In this document: positions 1 through 13,824 of the stretch, piece by piece | Layout: the number at the start of each line of letters is the position of its first letter | Numbering within the stretch: position 1 is the stretch's first letter | NCBI GenBank assembly: GCA_012295275.1 | Contig: CM022679.1 | Coordinates: forward strand, 29,016,001-29,080,000 | DNA length: 64,000 nt | From: Chrysomallon squamiferum | Taxonomy: Eukaryota > Animalia > Mollusca | Direction: 5' to 3' | The notes under the pieces: generated by a model | Told to the model about the DNA's origin: nothing | Databases searched by the model: none | Seen by the model: only the letters and a program-made list of their open reading frames with translations | Translations under genes and position numbers: made by a program

Positions 1-1494
1 TTCAACATTGAAAGATCAGAAGAAGTAGTTCAGGGCTTAGTATGCTCTTTTCTGCCTGGATATCAAAAATAAATTCCAAAAACATTTCTGACCTCGCCTT
101 GGGACATCTGAGCTTTTAGACACAATGCAAATAAATGTCACCGTTTCCATGAATATATAAAAGATAGTTTTTATTTTATTTTTCTAGCATTCCTTTTATT
201 TAATTATTTTTTTTTTATCATTGTTATTATTATTATCATCATTTTTCGTTTGTTAAATTATACTGGCTATAAATAGAAGTGTTAAGATGGGACGATGATG
301 ATTATGATGATGATTGTCGTTGTTTTCTTCTTCCATTTCTTCTTCTTCTTCATCTTCTTCTTCTTGATATTATTATTATTATTCCATTTCGACCAAGTTA
401 ACGAGAAACTGAAAGTAATTAGCTTAGTTGTAGTCCCTGAAGCAGAAAACATTAATAATACAAAATAAGAGCACTTTGTTTGATTGTTTTTAGAGAGTGG
501 GGCGAGCGAGGCAGTAAGAGGACATTAGCAACATACCAAATAGCCGACAAGAACATATCCCTCCTTCTTCACCATCATCTTATAATTAGCATTATTGTAG
601 TTATCGTAACTAGTATTACTAGTACTGCTTGTGCTACTAATACTACCAGTACTACTTCTCCATAAAATAACAACAGCAATTATTCTGTTCGTCTTATTGG
701 TATGGCTTCAACCAGTTTGGATACTGGGAAGGGGAGGGGAGAGAAAAAAAAAAATTAAATTAAAATTTAAAAACAATGATGATAATAATAATAATAATTA
801 TAAAATAAAATAAATAAAATAAATAAGATATATAAAGTAAATAAGGAATGAAAGAAAGGAGATAAGATGTTACAATCAAATAAATAAATGGAACAACAAA
901 ATAATCTGAAACTCTACGAAATTAAAATTAAATTAAATTAAATTAAACAGAAAAATTGTTTATTATCAAAATATAATATAATATAATATAATATAATATA
1001 ATACAATATAATATATAATGACAATTAAAAACAATTTCGTGTACGACTGCAGCTGATGATTTCTATGTTCAGTTGTATCTATTCCCGTAAGCCTTTGAAT
1101 CGACACTAATGTCATTATAATAACTAGTGAAGAGTAAAATGATTTGACAAGTTTATTTTGCAGAAGAAACCTTTCTAATTTACAATGAAGAATATCTCAG
1201 ATACATAATTTAAAGAATACGCAAATTTGAAACGATGGACCTACTAGATACTGAAGCTGCAGCCATTTGCATTACGTAAAAAAGTCATTAGAGGAAAAGA
1301 GATCTCTGTATTGTCGTCTCTCTAATTCTGACATTCTCAACTAGGGGCCAATGGGAGTAATTGCAAAAATAGGGGAGATTATAGGCAGGAGAAGGAATTT
1401 AACCATGAAATTAGTATTTAAAATAGGCGTGGAGGTGGGACAGGTGGATCGCTAGGGAAGGAATGTTTATCTTTGAAAACATAGCATACTAACC

Positions 1495-1539
1495 ATGCAC
1501 CGTGTGGCCACGGCAGGCATGTTTGAATGTTTAATGGAT
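1495..1539 (+). CDS. Candidate upstream exon of the Cys-rich gene (MHRVATAGMFECLMD)
   Basis: ACCATG context and donor GAT|gtaagc at 1540 in phase 0, compatible with 5677; possible acceptor at 1484. Confidence 0.3.
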
Positions 1540-2213
1540 GTAAGCGAGTTTCACGTAACTGGAGCAGAGTGAAATAACTCAGTAATTAGTGACAATGTAC
1601 GACTAAGCTACAGCTACATCTACCACTCATAAACTCAAAAAAGTCTGAAAAATATGCATCATTTACTCCACTAGTCATACAAATATGCAGCACTGACAAG
1701 CAGTTGACAGATATATGCTAATAAACTTAACTGCTAATGAACAGAAACAACTAAAACATCTCGATACAGGTGTCTGTAAACGAGCAGTTAGAACTGTACA
1801 TTATTAGTTTTACGTGCTTAACAAGAACAAAGAAGAAGCAGAAACATTAGCCACCGTATTTGTGTGACAATATTAATTTTAATGCATTGCTGTTCGATTT
1901 AGCTGATATTTTTTGTTCTCTTTTATTTAGTTTTCAACTGAGTATCCATTCATCAGAAATATCCCTATCCATTATTAACTACCGCAGGTTTTATCCTGCC
2001 TCGAAACCTAACTACTGTAAATACTCGACTAGAGTTCTGTTTTGGCTGGAATTACGTATAATTTTTACGCCGTTTCTAAGCTGTTATTACATATATTAAT
2101 TTTGTCTACTATATATATATATATATATATATAAAAAGAAAAAAAAAAACAAAAAAAAGATTAAAATTAAAATTATAAAAATTGAAATTAAAATTAAATA
2201 ATATATCAATGCC

Positions 2214-2274
<61 letters not shown>

Positions 2275-5200
2275 AAATGAAATAAATACTGAAAAATAAA
2301 CGTGGAACTCACTGGGCTTCTTTTCGAGTATTTACGGTAATTCTTCCAATCGTTCATTCATTATTAGCATTTTTGTCGTGGATTGGGTTGTGCTGTGTTC
2401 GTCGTTTTTGTTTCGTGTCATATTTTATTTATGAATTCATTCTGAATATGCAGGCGAGAATGGTTTCGTTTAACTTGGTCTTGTATACTAGACGTTTAGA
2501 TAATAATATTCAAAATGGCCGATTTGTTTGGGTTTTTTTTTTTTTTTTTTTTTTTTATCTTTGTATTATTTTATAACTTCATCTTAGTCACAGTTTCTTA
2601 AAAGAGAGATTTCTTTTTTACTATTTTTATTTATTTATTTATTTACTTAATTTTTTTTTTTTACAAAACTTTAGTTATAATATATAGTTGTTTAAATATT
2701 TTCAGTGGAGACTTAATTTAAAAATTTCATTAATGTTTAATATTGTAGTTGCTTATTTTATTGTTTTATTTGGTACTTTAACTCTCCGGAAATTCATGAG
2801 ATTAATGTTATTGTTATTTTTTTCTTTCTTTCTTGTTTTTCTTTTCTTTTTTCTTTTATTATTATTATTAATATTTTTTAAAATCAGAAACTCATAATAG
2901 AATAGTGAAATCTCGTATCAAATATTTGAAAATTATTTTCCTTTCTAGTTACATAGTTAGTCAAATTGAAAGGTTAAAAACAACCGTATGTGTGTGTGCG
3001 TGTGTGTACGTGCATGTGTGAGTGAGAGAGTGTTATTTTTAAAACCAGTCATTTGCACAATGACTTCATTCCTCTATTGATTACAAAACTGTAATTATAA
3101 TAAAATAAATACTACAAATCAGTGACGAAATATGAAGATAAAAAACCAGTGACCTTTATCAAGGTTAAACGAAGACTGTCAAGTGTTGACGAAACCTGTG
3201 AAAAGCGTCATAAGGCAACTGTTGGTGTTTGCTGTAACTCAGCATCAGCGTTAGAGAAAAGATTGAAAATCCGTGAAAACAAGCAAACAGCTCTCCGCTG
3301 ATCTCTTTCAGTTTTAACTTTCTCTAATTCTTTTATTTATTGATTTGTGGCCTTGTATGTGTGTCTCTGAGTCCGTGTCTGTATGCAGTATGTACGTACG
3401 AACATATGGTTATTTGTATGTATGTATGTATGTATGTATGTATGTATGTGTATGTGTATGTATGAATGCATGTATGTCTGCTTCAAGAAAACATACGTAC
3501 TTATGTAGTATATACATGTGTATTGTTTTTTGTTATTATTGTTGTTATTCTTCTTAAAGTATGGCTATGTATGTAAGTACGAACATACGGTTTTGTGTAT
3601 GTGTATATGGTTGGTTGTATGTTTGTATACAAATATTGTTTGTGTGTACTTTCTTACGTATGTACATGTATGTATATATGTGTTACATAAGTAAAGTTCG
3701 AAACTTAACAGAGTTCCTTATAAATAGAAATTAATAACTGAAAATACAGCAACAAATTGTTATTACAGTATTTAATTATTTCTAACAAACACGCACGCAC
3801 ACACACAAGCAAACACACACGCACACACAAACACACGCTCAGTGATATACACTAACACCCCCACGTTACAAAACAATCATATGTTTTATATATGAGTTAC
3901 CACTCCTCTGAGGGGAAAATGAAATGTCACATCCATCATTCGATTTTTTTAAAGCCTGTACTAATTCGAGTATTCACAGAAAGCAAATATTGTTTCATTC
4001 CAGTATTGCTGCAGAAAAAGCACAGACAACTAATTGGGGGCTTGTTTGCACTGAAATCGTCATGCTTAATGTTCGTTGTAGAAAGCAAATATTCCGAGCA
4101 GAAGCGTAATGGTTCGAGGTGTTGGGTGATGTCGTCTGCTAGGATCCTGACACGGGTTTCTGCTGGACAAACCGTGATGACGAATAGAGCTCTCGTGATT
4201 AGTTCCTGCTTAGATGTGGCTTAAGACTACCCACTCGGTAAAACACTGTTATTGTGTGCGGGATCGATACGGAAAGTGCACAGAATAAATACGGGTTCCT
4301 TTGTGAACGGTCTGCTTTGGAATCAAAATAAGAAAAAAAAAAATGTTGAAAAGAAAAAAAAAAATTATGGGTGATTAGAAAAAAAAAAAAAATTATAATA
4401 ATAATAAAAAAAGAAAAATAACAAAAGAAAAAATGAGTCCAAGTAAAAAAAGAAATGTCTAGGAATAAGCCGTCGTGAACCTAATGAAGAATTAAAAGTC
4501 GTAGCGACTCGGTATTTCTTTGAGAAGCTATTCGTAATTACGATAAATCCGTGGAGTTAACCGTTCCTTTATGTCCTTTTTGTAATATTTCTGACATTTC
4601 TGTGATTTTTCAGCATTCAGGGATGGAAATGGAAATATCATACAGCTGAAAGTAATGATCAATAACATTAACAGACTGAGAAATTCTAACGCGCTAGTAA
4701 AAGTAAAATGATCTGAAAATCAAGTATGACAGTGATGTATCGAATACAATTAAAGCTGCCCTATCTATGATATGACGTCACGGGAATGAAACAAAAGAAA
4801 ACTACAAAAAAATACCGTATATTTTAAGGCGTGTTTAACTTGAACCAGGGAAATAAAGATATAGATGAACAGCAAGAAAGCCTTTATCACTTTTTCCATT
4901 TATCATCTAGAATTATAATAATAATAAATAGTGCCCTTTTATTATTATTTCATAAAAATCTAAGATGGTCGGGTTTAACCCGTGATTTTACACGGAACGA
5001 CCCATTAATATTATTATTCTACTGTATTTATCGTTCTTCTTTTTTATTATTTTTTTTTTCAAGATTGTTTTTCACCATTACAGGCAATGCCCCTGCAAAT
5101 GGTTTTTCACACATATTTTCCTGTTTGTGTGAAGGTGTTTAAAATGTCACTTTTTGCTAATAAGAATAGCCCACGGTTTCTTCTTTCTTATCCCATCATT

Positions 5201-5374
5201 ACGCTGCGATATAAATAATGATACCAAAATCTTAAATAATAGGTTAATATTAAACTGTTTTAGTGAATCTAAAGACAAAATATTAATGTTCCTGTATTCA
5301 TTTATTCCTTTATTTCTTCATTCATTTTTTCGTTCATTTCTTTATTCATTTATTCGTCCACGTCTTCATTCATT

Positions 5375-5393
5375 TTTACTTTTATTATTATTA

Positions 5394-5431
<38 letters not shown>

Positions 5432-5670
5432 TTTGTTATTATTGTTGTTATTGTTGTTATTATTATTATTATTATTATTTTTATTTTTTTTGTTATTATT
5501 GTTGTTATTATTGTTATTGTTATTGTTATTATTATTGTTATTATTTTTTGTTATTGTTATTATTATTATTATTATTGTTATTATTATTATTATTTTTTGT
5601 TATTATTGTTATTATTTTTTGTTATTATTGTTATTATTTATTTTTTGTTATTATTGTTATTGTTGTTATT
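5375..5670. repeat. (TTA/TTG)n microsatellite
   Basis: Seen directly in sequence. Confidence 0.9.
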
Positions 5671-5676
5671 TTTCAG

Positions 5677-5958
5677 TACCGTTACTGCGCTGAGGGATGC
5701 TGCATGCACGAGTACTGCGCCTATCACAAAATCTGTTACCCTAAAACTCACTGCAGCTTCGGTTGTCCAGACGGAGCGTGCTTGAATAACATCTGCATGC
5801 CGCCCAAACCGTGCAAGAGCAACGAGGAATGCGCCATGGCCAACGCGTGCACCTACAACTACAACCTCGGCTACAACACGTGTCAGTACAACTTGGAAAT
5901 CGGCAGCACTCTCTGCGTGGACAGAAACGGGAAGTCGCTGTTGAAGCCGCTGCAGTGA
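5677..5958 (+). CDS. Terminal exon of a small cysteine-rich, probably secreted protein (93 aa, 14 Cys)
   Basis: Long T-rich tract then tttcag| in phase 0. GC3-rich coding-like codon usage in an AT-rich background. YRYCAEGCCMHEYCAYHKICYP...CKSNEEC...LKPLQ* ends in TGA. Confidence 0.75.
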   Translation, partial: YRYCAEGCCMHEYCAYHKICYPKTHCSFGCPDGACLNNICMPPKPCKSNEECAMANACTYNYNLGYNTCQYNLEIGSTLCVDRNGKSLLKPLQ

Positions 5959-6084
5959 AGTCGTGTTAAACAAACTGAAAATAGTTCGAAAGGTTGAAAT
6001 TTTAAAAGAGCCACAAAAACTGCTGGTAACTGAACAATCAGTGAAAGATTTCAGTACAGATATCATGACTTCCAGTTGGTGTCG

Positions 6085-6107
6085 GGGGGGGGAGGGAGGG
6101 AGGGAGG

Positions 6108-6169
<62 letters not shown>
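6085..6169. repeat. (GGGA)n(GA)n microsatellite
   Basis: Seen directly in sequence. Confidence 0.9.
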
Positions 6170-6171
<2 letters not shown>

Positions 6172-7803
6172 CTTATAATGCTGAACCACGTTTGTCATGG
6201 CAAACGGATTATTTGCTCTTATATTATGTTACTCAGGATGGAAATTAATTGACTATTTTCACATTTCAACGATAATGATAATGATAATGATGACTATGAT
6301 GACGTCGACTGACAAATGTCAACGTCTTTGACACGCAAAGTTGTATACCTCTACAAAAATTGACCATATCTCTGAAAACTTTTGGGAATATATATATATA
6401 TATGTTTTATATTTCATTTTAAAGCACATAAAAAACACATTTATCTATTACTTTGGTTACGTACCAGCGTATCGGAAAACATCACAATAAAATATAAATA
6501 TAACCATCGTGAACAAAATCTCAGGATCATTTTAGATAAATTGTCGCTTGTCTCTTTAACGTTAGTAATTTGAATTCCACTTTGGAAACATCGGTTAATA
6601 TTCCAGGATAAAAAATAAAATTAATAACTAAAAGAAATCAATCACAGAACTGTTTATTTCAGTCATTATATTTAATAACAAAAAGAAAAACTGAAATGAA
6701 TATGGGATTCTTTGAGAAAGAATATGACATAAAATACCTCATGTAGAGCTAATGATGTGTTTTCGTTAATGATTGATTTTCGTATGGAATCTCACTCCTT
6801 TATTTTCTCTTATAAATGCTATGATATTTTCTCTATGATAATAAAAGCTTTTTTCTTTAGAAAAATTATTCAGAAAATGAGTTTAATTTTTGTTTCTTTA
6901 AGGCATTTAATAAATGAATATTTTATGTGTTTCTTCTCTCTTTTTCATCCCATTGTTAATTTCACTGTTTCAGTTTAGGTTATTTTAATCTGCACATTAG
7001 GCTATGTGAAAAATAAAGAAATTTGAAATTAAATATTGTATTTTGGATTCAGCAATCACGCCTATACACAGAAACATGCAAACTAACATTTATACGCGAA
7101 AAAATATTGCAAGAAAACTATAAATACACTTGAAATATTTATTATTCAGATATAATAAAAATAACAACAACAACGGTAATAATAATAAAACAACAACAAT
7201 AATAATCATAATTTTATACAGATTATATTCTTAACGGAAGTGAAGTAATTCCTGCGAAGACCTTTTCTATTAAATAAAAAACTACATTCCTGACAACAAG
7301 TCGTTGTTTCATCACAGGAGCAAAACAGGACGCCAAAAAGATGGTTTTGAAAATGACAAACAAGAAAATATAATTAGAATAGTTTTGGTGTTTTTTTGTT
7401 GTTTTTTTTTTAATTAATTTTTTTTTTTTTTTGTCCTCTTATTTTACGAATCGATACAAATTGGAATGGGCTAACCGACGTCACGTGCATGCTTAAAAAT
7501 ACAAATCTGTCCTCCAGTTTGTCGCCATGAAATACTTTCGATTGAATAATTGTATTGTTTACTTCTTCTTCTTCTTTTTTTCAATTCTTTTCAGTTCCTT
7601 TTGTTTTTAATCTTCTTTTCCTTTTTTTTTTTTTTTTTTAAAAAGCAAACAAACGAACAATCAAACAATGAAACAAATAAACAAACATACATTTGCTTAG
7701 TTTCACTACATATTAAATAGTGCTCACAAATTATGATTAATAAAAGTGGAATTAACCTGTTTCTGTTTTTCTACCTCTTTATCTATTTGTCTTTCTCTCT
7801 AAT

Positions 7804-7857
<54 letters not shown>

Positions 7858-8113
7858 CCTTAAGAATGTTGATCGAGTAGTTTTCTAAGGGAAAACAAAA
7901 AGACATAAAACAACAGTCTGGCCAGTCTTTAGAATTAGTTCGCTGACATTTACAACATTTCTATGAACTACGTTATTAACGTATCATAATCGTATTTTCT
8001 ACTTATCTAATGCCTTAGGCTGTAAAGATTTTTATCAAAAGTACACTACAGACATAAGGAATATAGCATTCATATATTTGTTTATATCATATATTTATTT
8101 TATATTATTTTTA

Positions 8114-8172
<59 letters not shown>

Positions 8173-10129
8173 AATGATGATGATGATGATGATACATGCA
8201 ATTATATTAATAATTATATTTGTTTTGTTATTTGCTATTTTTTTTTTTTTTTTTTTTTTTGCTGTATTATCCTTTAAATATGATTAATAAATGGTATTTT
8301 ACGATCTTTTAGCTGTTTGTTTTCTTTCGAATTTGTTTTCGTTTTTTCTCTTCTTTTTGTTTCTTTTTCTTAATTTTTTTCATAATTTTTATTAAAGAGA
8401 AGAACTATAGCACTCAAAAACAATTTTTCTTCAAAGATCCCACTTCAGAGTTGGGCAAAGAATGTCAAGACTAGAAAAAGGATAAATGTTTATTATTTAT
8501 TTAGTTAGTTACTTATTTTTCTTAGAGTTGATTTTAAATGTTGTAATTCAATAGAATGTAGTGAATGTTGAATATATACTTTTTGTAGTCACAATTTCAC
8601 CCTTCATCAGTGTATATCTCGTTCTGTCCAGAGCTTCATGCCTGAAATAGCAAGGTGTTTTCCTGTTTCTGGGAAGTTACACATGAAATGGCTTTACTGA
8701 TAAATAAATTTAAAAAATAAATAAATAAATAAAATAAATAAATAAATAAAAAATTAAAATATAAATAAAATAAAACCTTTTGCTAATAATCATTCACACA
8801 AAAGCTTAAATTTAGTTCAATAAATACGTTTATACGTGTCATGTATGTTTAAAACCTATTAATTAGATCGAATTAGAAATTGATTAAATAACAACAACAA
8901 CAGCAATAATAATAATAATAATAATAACAACACAACAACAACATAAACAATAATAAAAAATAATAACACTTTAGAACTCAAAACATAATTATATATATTG
9001 AAAATTACTAAATGTCAAAGGCCTTTTTCCTAGATAGTAAATCCAAGGGAGAAAACCCCTTAATCTTTGAAAAGAAAAATAATATAACCCTGGTTAATGG
9101 CTCCTCAGCTTATATGCGTAATTTGCAATCGCTAAATTTCGAAATTGTAGTTTACATTTATCATTATTATTAATTCATTTTATTATAAATCTTCTGTTAA
9201 TCTGAAAAATAATAATAATGTCTTGAGTTATGCATCAGATAAAAAATTTACCTTCATTAAGTTCGGGCCTTAATTTAGATTCATTTGTCTTTTAAGTTCA
9301 ATATCTATAATAAAAATTATAGTTGAAGATTCATTGAAAAATATTCAAGACTAACGTTACCACAATATGACACAAATATCTTTAGACATTTCTTTCTTTT
9401 CTTCCTTTTAGCTATAACTACTATACCAAATATTGATTACTTTGAATTGAACTGAACTAAGGTTTGTTTCCATAATGAATTTCTGACCTGTAACGATGGC
9501 CAGGTCAAACTGCTTATTTCATTTTCTGAGCGTTAAACATTATTAGATCTAAAGGCCTAGGATGCATGTTCTCATCCTATTCGAAACCGTATTAATAAGA
9601 TAAAATAAGCAGATACTACTACTACTACTACTACTACTACTAACGCTACTAGAGCTGCTATACTCCTACTACTATTACGACTATATGATATTTACTACAA
9701 CTACTACTGCTACCGTCATTTTCTTAATACATGTATAAATGAATAAAAAGTCCATGTATATTCTGTTAATAATCTATTATTTAAGTAATTGTTTATCTTT
9801 TAAAAATAATAAATACATTTAAAATGTATCTCTGCTGTTAAGAACAGCTGGTTGTCTTATATCCGCACACCATCATAAATAACATCATCAGAAATATATT
9901 AAATTTATTTTAATATATGTGAATTATTATCTTTCAAAGATTTCACTAGTTTTTAAATAAGTTAATAAAATAAGACAATAACCTGAAATTAAAGGCAGAA
10001 TTTTGCAGTTGTTCACATCACAAAACCTACACTTAAAGTCAAAACAGGTGCCCTTATTTCAATATGGAATATGGCTAGGCGTTTAAAGTGGTGCATGATG
10101 TAATAACAGGATATTTGTTTACAGTTCAA

Positions 10130-10399
10130 AATCGAGACATTTAAGCGGTGAGAAATGCAACTCTAAAACAAAATTAAAAATTGTTACTCTGTGTTGCCAT
10201 TTTTGTGATGAAACAAAGATCGCAAATGATAAAAATAAAGATATATAACTGGAGGGTGTTGGGAGTTTGGATCAAATATTAATTTATAACCTTGACCTTG
10301 AAACCAAAGAAAACAAATCCAGGCACGAGTGCATCACGACTTGGATGATTAGCTGTTATTTACTTCGGGATTTATGTGTTGCATTCATTGAAATATTTG
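10130..10399 (+). promoter_or_regulatory. Candidate promoter and first exon of the FAM13 gene, ending at donor TG|gtaagt (10400)
   Basis: CpG-retaining stretch, YY1-like GCCATTTT at about 10196, consensus GTAAGT donor. CpG depletion starts shortly downstream. The TSS is not determinable from sequence. Confidence 0.45.
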
Positions 10400-10843
10400 G
10401 TAAGTAAGTTAAATTCCCTCAGCTTTTTGTAAAAGGTAAAAGTTGTGGTGATTAGTTTATACTGACAAAAGAAATCTGTTGCGATTTCAGGACCAGTGAA
10501 TTACGTAAATGAACGGAAATGAGTGTTAGAAAGTGCATATGACATTTACCGATACTAATAAAAGAAAATATTGATAATTAATCAGATGAATCTGAAACTT
10601 TCTGTACACTATGTTGTTTCTTTATTTTTTCCCGGTGGGAACAACTTAAAATATTTTAATCTTGACACTGATAAAGAGTATGGCGATAACTTAGTTACCT
10701 ATAATAATTAATATGATTATAATAATATTAACAGATATCGTTTGATATGTGATGTAAATACTAACATAGTTCATTTGATACATGTTTTAGAAATTTCAAA
10801 ACATTACTTCCCTTCCAAATGATATTTGGTTACTTTCAGGGTT

Positions 10844-10845
<2 letters not shown>

Positions 10846-10913
<68 letters not shown>
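10846..10913. repeat. (CT)n microsatellite
   Basis: Seen directly; similar tracts at about 25811-25878 and 34289-34395. Confidence 0.9.
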
Positions 10914-10916
<3 letters not shown>

Positions 10917-13285
10917 ACTCAGTATCTCTGGAAAAGATTTCATGCAAATAATGAGAATTATTTTATTATAATTAATAATAATAATTATTATTATTTATAA
11001 AACTGATTTGCATTTGCCACTCCGTCAATTAAAAAAAAAAAGGAACATGCTTGTACATGAACAAAATCCATTTTTCTTGAGCTGTCATATGAAAAACAGT
11101 TTATTTTAATCTAATTAATATTTTTATTTTATTTTATTTTAATTGTTTTTTTTTTTAAAGAAGAAGAAGAAGAAAAAATTTAAAATCTTTAACCCAGTGG
11201 TCTGGGGGAAAACACAGACATCCAAATATCAATAACTATTTGATTTAAAAAAAAAACAAAAAAAAACCAACAACTTTTTTATGAAACAGATATGGTGGAC
11301 ATATGTTGTAGCAGTGATTCCTGCCTCATAACAGTTCTGTTCAGTATTGCATCATTTATAACTGCAACATCCTGTTAAAACATACACTCTTCAGTAAAAC
11401 CTTTTTCTTTATTTTTCTTATTTTTTGTGAATTATTATCGTTAAAAGATTTTATTAACTTTTAAATCAAAAATATAATTAAAGACAAACTGCAATAATTT
11501 TATAAAACAAAATCTTGTATCTTGAAAAATTAATATTTATAAAAATCGTAAATGATAATATAAAAAAAAAATAAACATATGCTTTTGTTTTTGAAACTTC
11601 AACACTATTTATTTAATAATAATAATAATAATAACAATAAGTTAAGAAAAATTAATGTTGAACATCAGACATTTTTTGTTTATTTTTTTGTTGTGTAATG
11701 ATAATATAATTCTATTTCAAGTGCTGTTTTTATAAATCAGCAAAAATTGTTTTCATCTTTCTATAGAGAGGAAAAAATAAACCATTGTCTGGAACGTGAA
11801 TAACTTGAAATGAGGACTGATCCCATTACCTATGAATTAAAAAAATTTAAAATATTTTTCTCTGAGAAATGAGCATATATCATAGTTTGTTTTGTTGTTT
11901 TTTTAATTTACATTTTTAAATTATATTTTTTTTTAAATGTCATTCATAGAATAATAAATACTTCCATTTTCTTTCCATTTATTTAAAAAAAATTCAGATT
12001 AATTTAACTGCTAGTTAATATTATTGAAATATGTCAGTTTGATTCCACCATCACATACTTGCAGTGGTATGTGAAGCATGATTTGCATTAACTAATCTCT
12101 AGATTTCAGCTACAGTTCAGGACTAGGAGCTAACCATGTCATAAAAAAGGACATTTTATACATTTCTGCTGAATATATTTCACAAACTTACCATAGTTTT
12201 TATTGTGTGTAACCATCTGTAAAAGTGTACTGAAAGAAATTATTTTTGTAAGGATGTATTTAGACAAAACATTCGTGGTAATGTTGTTTTGGTTTGTGGG
12301 CTTCACTTTTTTAATTTTTTTATTTTCATGGATCATCATGTTTAAACCTAGCACATAAACGATTAAAAACAGAACACATCAGGTTTCATATTGCATTGAA
12401 AGACAAAGATGGCTGACATATTGTTTTGATAACTCACTAATTCATGAAAAATGTATATACTGAAATGTTGCACATCTGTTGAAGTATCTCTTTGTGTGTG
12501 TTTAAACAAACATTATAAGAATAAAGTTGCATTATGTTACAGACAAAAAATAAATTTAGATTTTTAATACATGTCTGATGAATAAAATGTAAGTGTATCT
12601 GAGTCTGTTGTGTGGATGAGAGAAAAAGAATGTGTATATAATAAAAGGCTGAAAATATGTATTACTGAATATGTGCATGTTTGTGTGTTTCTGCATATCT
12701 TTTTTAACCAGATGTAACCATTATAGGCGTTTGGTTGTATTACAAAAGTATAAATGAATATGTATATTCTATACATCTAGTTGAATTTCAGGCTTTTTTC
12801 AGGGGGATATGCATAGTGCATATTTTGTTTTTGAAATTAGTTGCCAGCTGAACAGATGGCTGGCATTAAATAACATTAGGAAATTTCTAGGTAACTGTAG
12901 AATCAGTTTGATTGTTAGAGTAAAACAGTCATTGTATAATGTTATTGTATAATAGTATTAATATACACGCTGTGCAGTTAATGTATAATGTTTGTTTAAC
13001 TTAATGTATTTATGTTTTTATAAGGCTGTGGAATTAATGTATAATCATTGTTTTACATATTGTTTTTATTTTTTTTTAATATTATTTTAAACAGACCAAG
13101 GAATTATGTATAATCTTTGTTTAACTTAATGTTTTTATAATTATTATTTTTTTATATTATTTTTATACAGGCTGTATAAAGTTAGTTTTGCATAATGTTT
13201 TTATATTTTTTGTATATCATTTTAATACATGCTCTGGAATTAAGGTATAACTTTTAACATAATATTTTAATATTTTTTGTTTCAG

Positions 13286-13411
13286 AGGGTGGAATTCGGA
13301 GACAACACATCCAGTCTGGATCTCGATACTAAACTGATTTTTTTACCTGAATGTTGAGAATAACAATCTTGTCCTGTCGCTGTCTCAAACAACCATAATT
13401 TACAATAACAG
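13286..13411 (+). other. Candidate 5'UTR exon of the FAM13 gene
   Basis: Strong acceptor ttttgtttcag at 13285 and donor CAG|gtaatt at 13412; locally higher GC; no long ORF. Confidence 0.5.
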
Positions 13412-13759
13412 GTAATTATATCTACACACCTTTAATTATTTACCTTGAATTTACACTGCTTCATCATATTTAATGAATATTAATTTAAAAAAGAAAATTC
13501 AAATGCAGATGTGAATAATTTAATATAAACATTTATTTAAAAAAAAAAAAGTATATGTCTATTAATATGAATATAATGTCATTCATGGCTATAAATACAG
13601 GTATATTTGTATTATTAAGGTGTGTCCAGGTATTTCTGTTATATGACATTCTGATCTATTTTAAACTCATATTTACATTTGATAAGCTTAGATCAATGTG
13701 ACATAAAGTAATTAAATTTAAAGTGAAAAAAGTAATTAGTTCTTGTAAGCGTGTCAGTA

Positions 13760-13824
<65 letters not shown>

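Larger units (their letters stand above)
3901..9304 (-). other. Candidate exons of a divergent minus-strand transcript (9304-9252, 8641-8601, 4311-3901)
   Basis: Minus-strand signals: tattatag|...GAAG|gtaaat; tatttcag|...GAAGG|gtgaaa; long pyrimidine tract then aagcag|...GAGTG|gtaact. The last exon ends in the short open frame MMDVTFHFPLRGV. Confidence 0.35.

Noticed and set aside
3892-4224. 110-aa plus-strand ORF
   Set aside because: No recognisable domain; the splice signals around this GC-richer patch are on the minus strand.
5154-5785. Poly-Leu/Ile 'signal peptide or membrane' ORFs upstream of the Cys-rich exon
   Set aside because: They are (TTA/TTG)n intronic microsatellite; the real coding sequence starts at the acceptor at 5677.
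5638-6198. 186-aa minus-strand ORF
   Set aside because: Antisense shadow of the GC-rich Cys exon plus a (CT)n repeat.
6296-7100. Possible decayed DNA transposon (catatctctgaaaac, ttttggattcagc motifs)
   Set aside because: I could not identify TIRs or a target-site duplication by eye.
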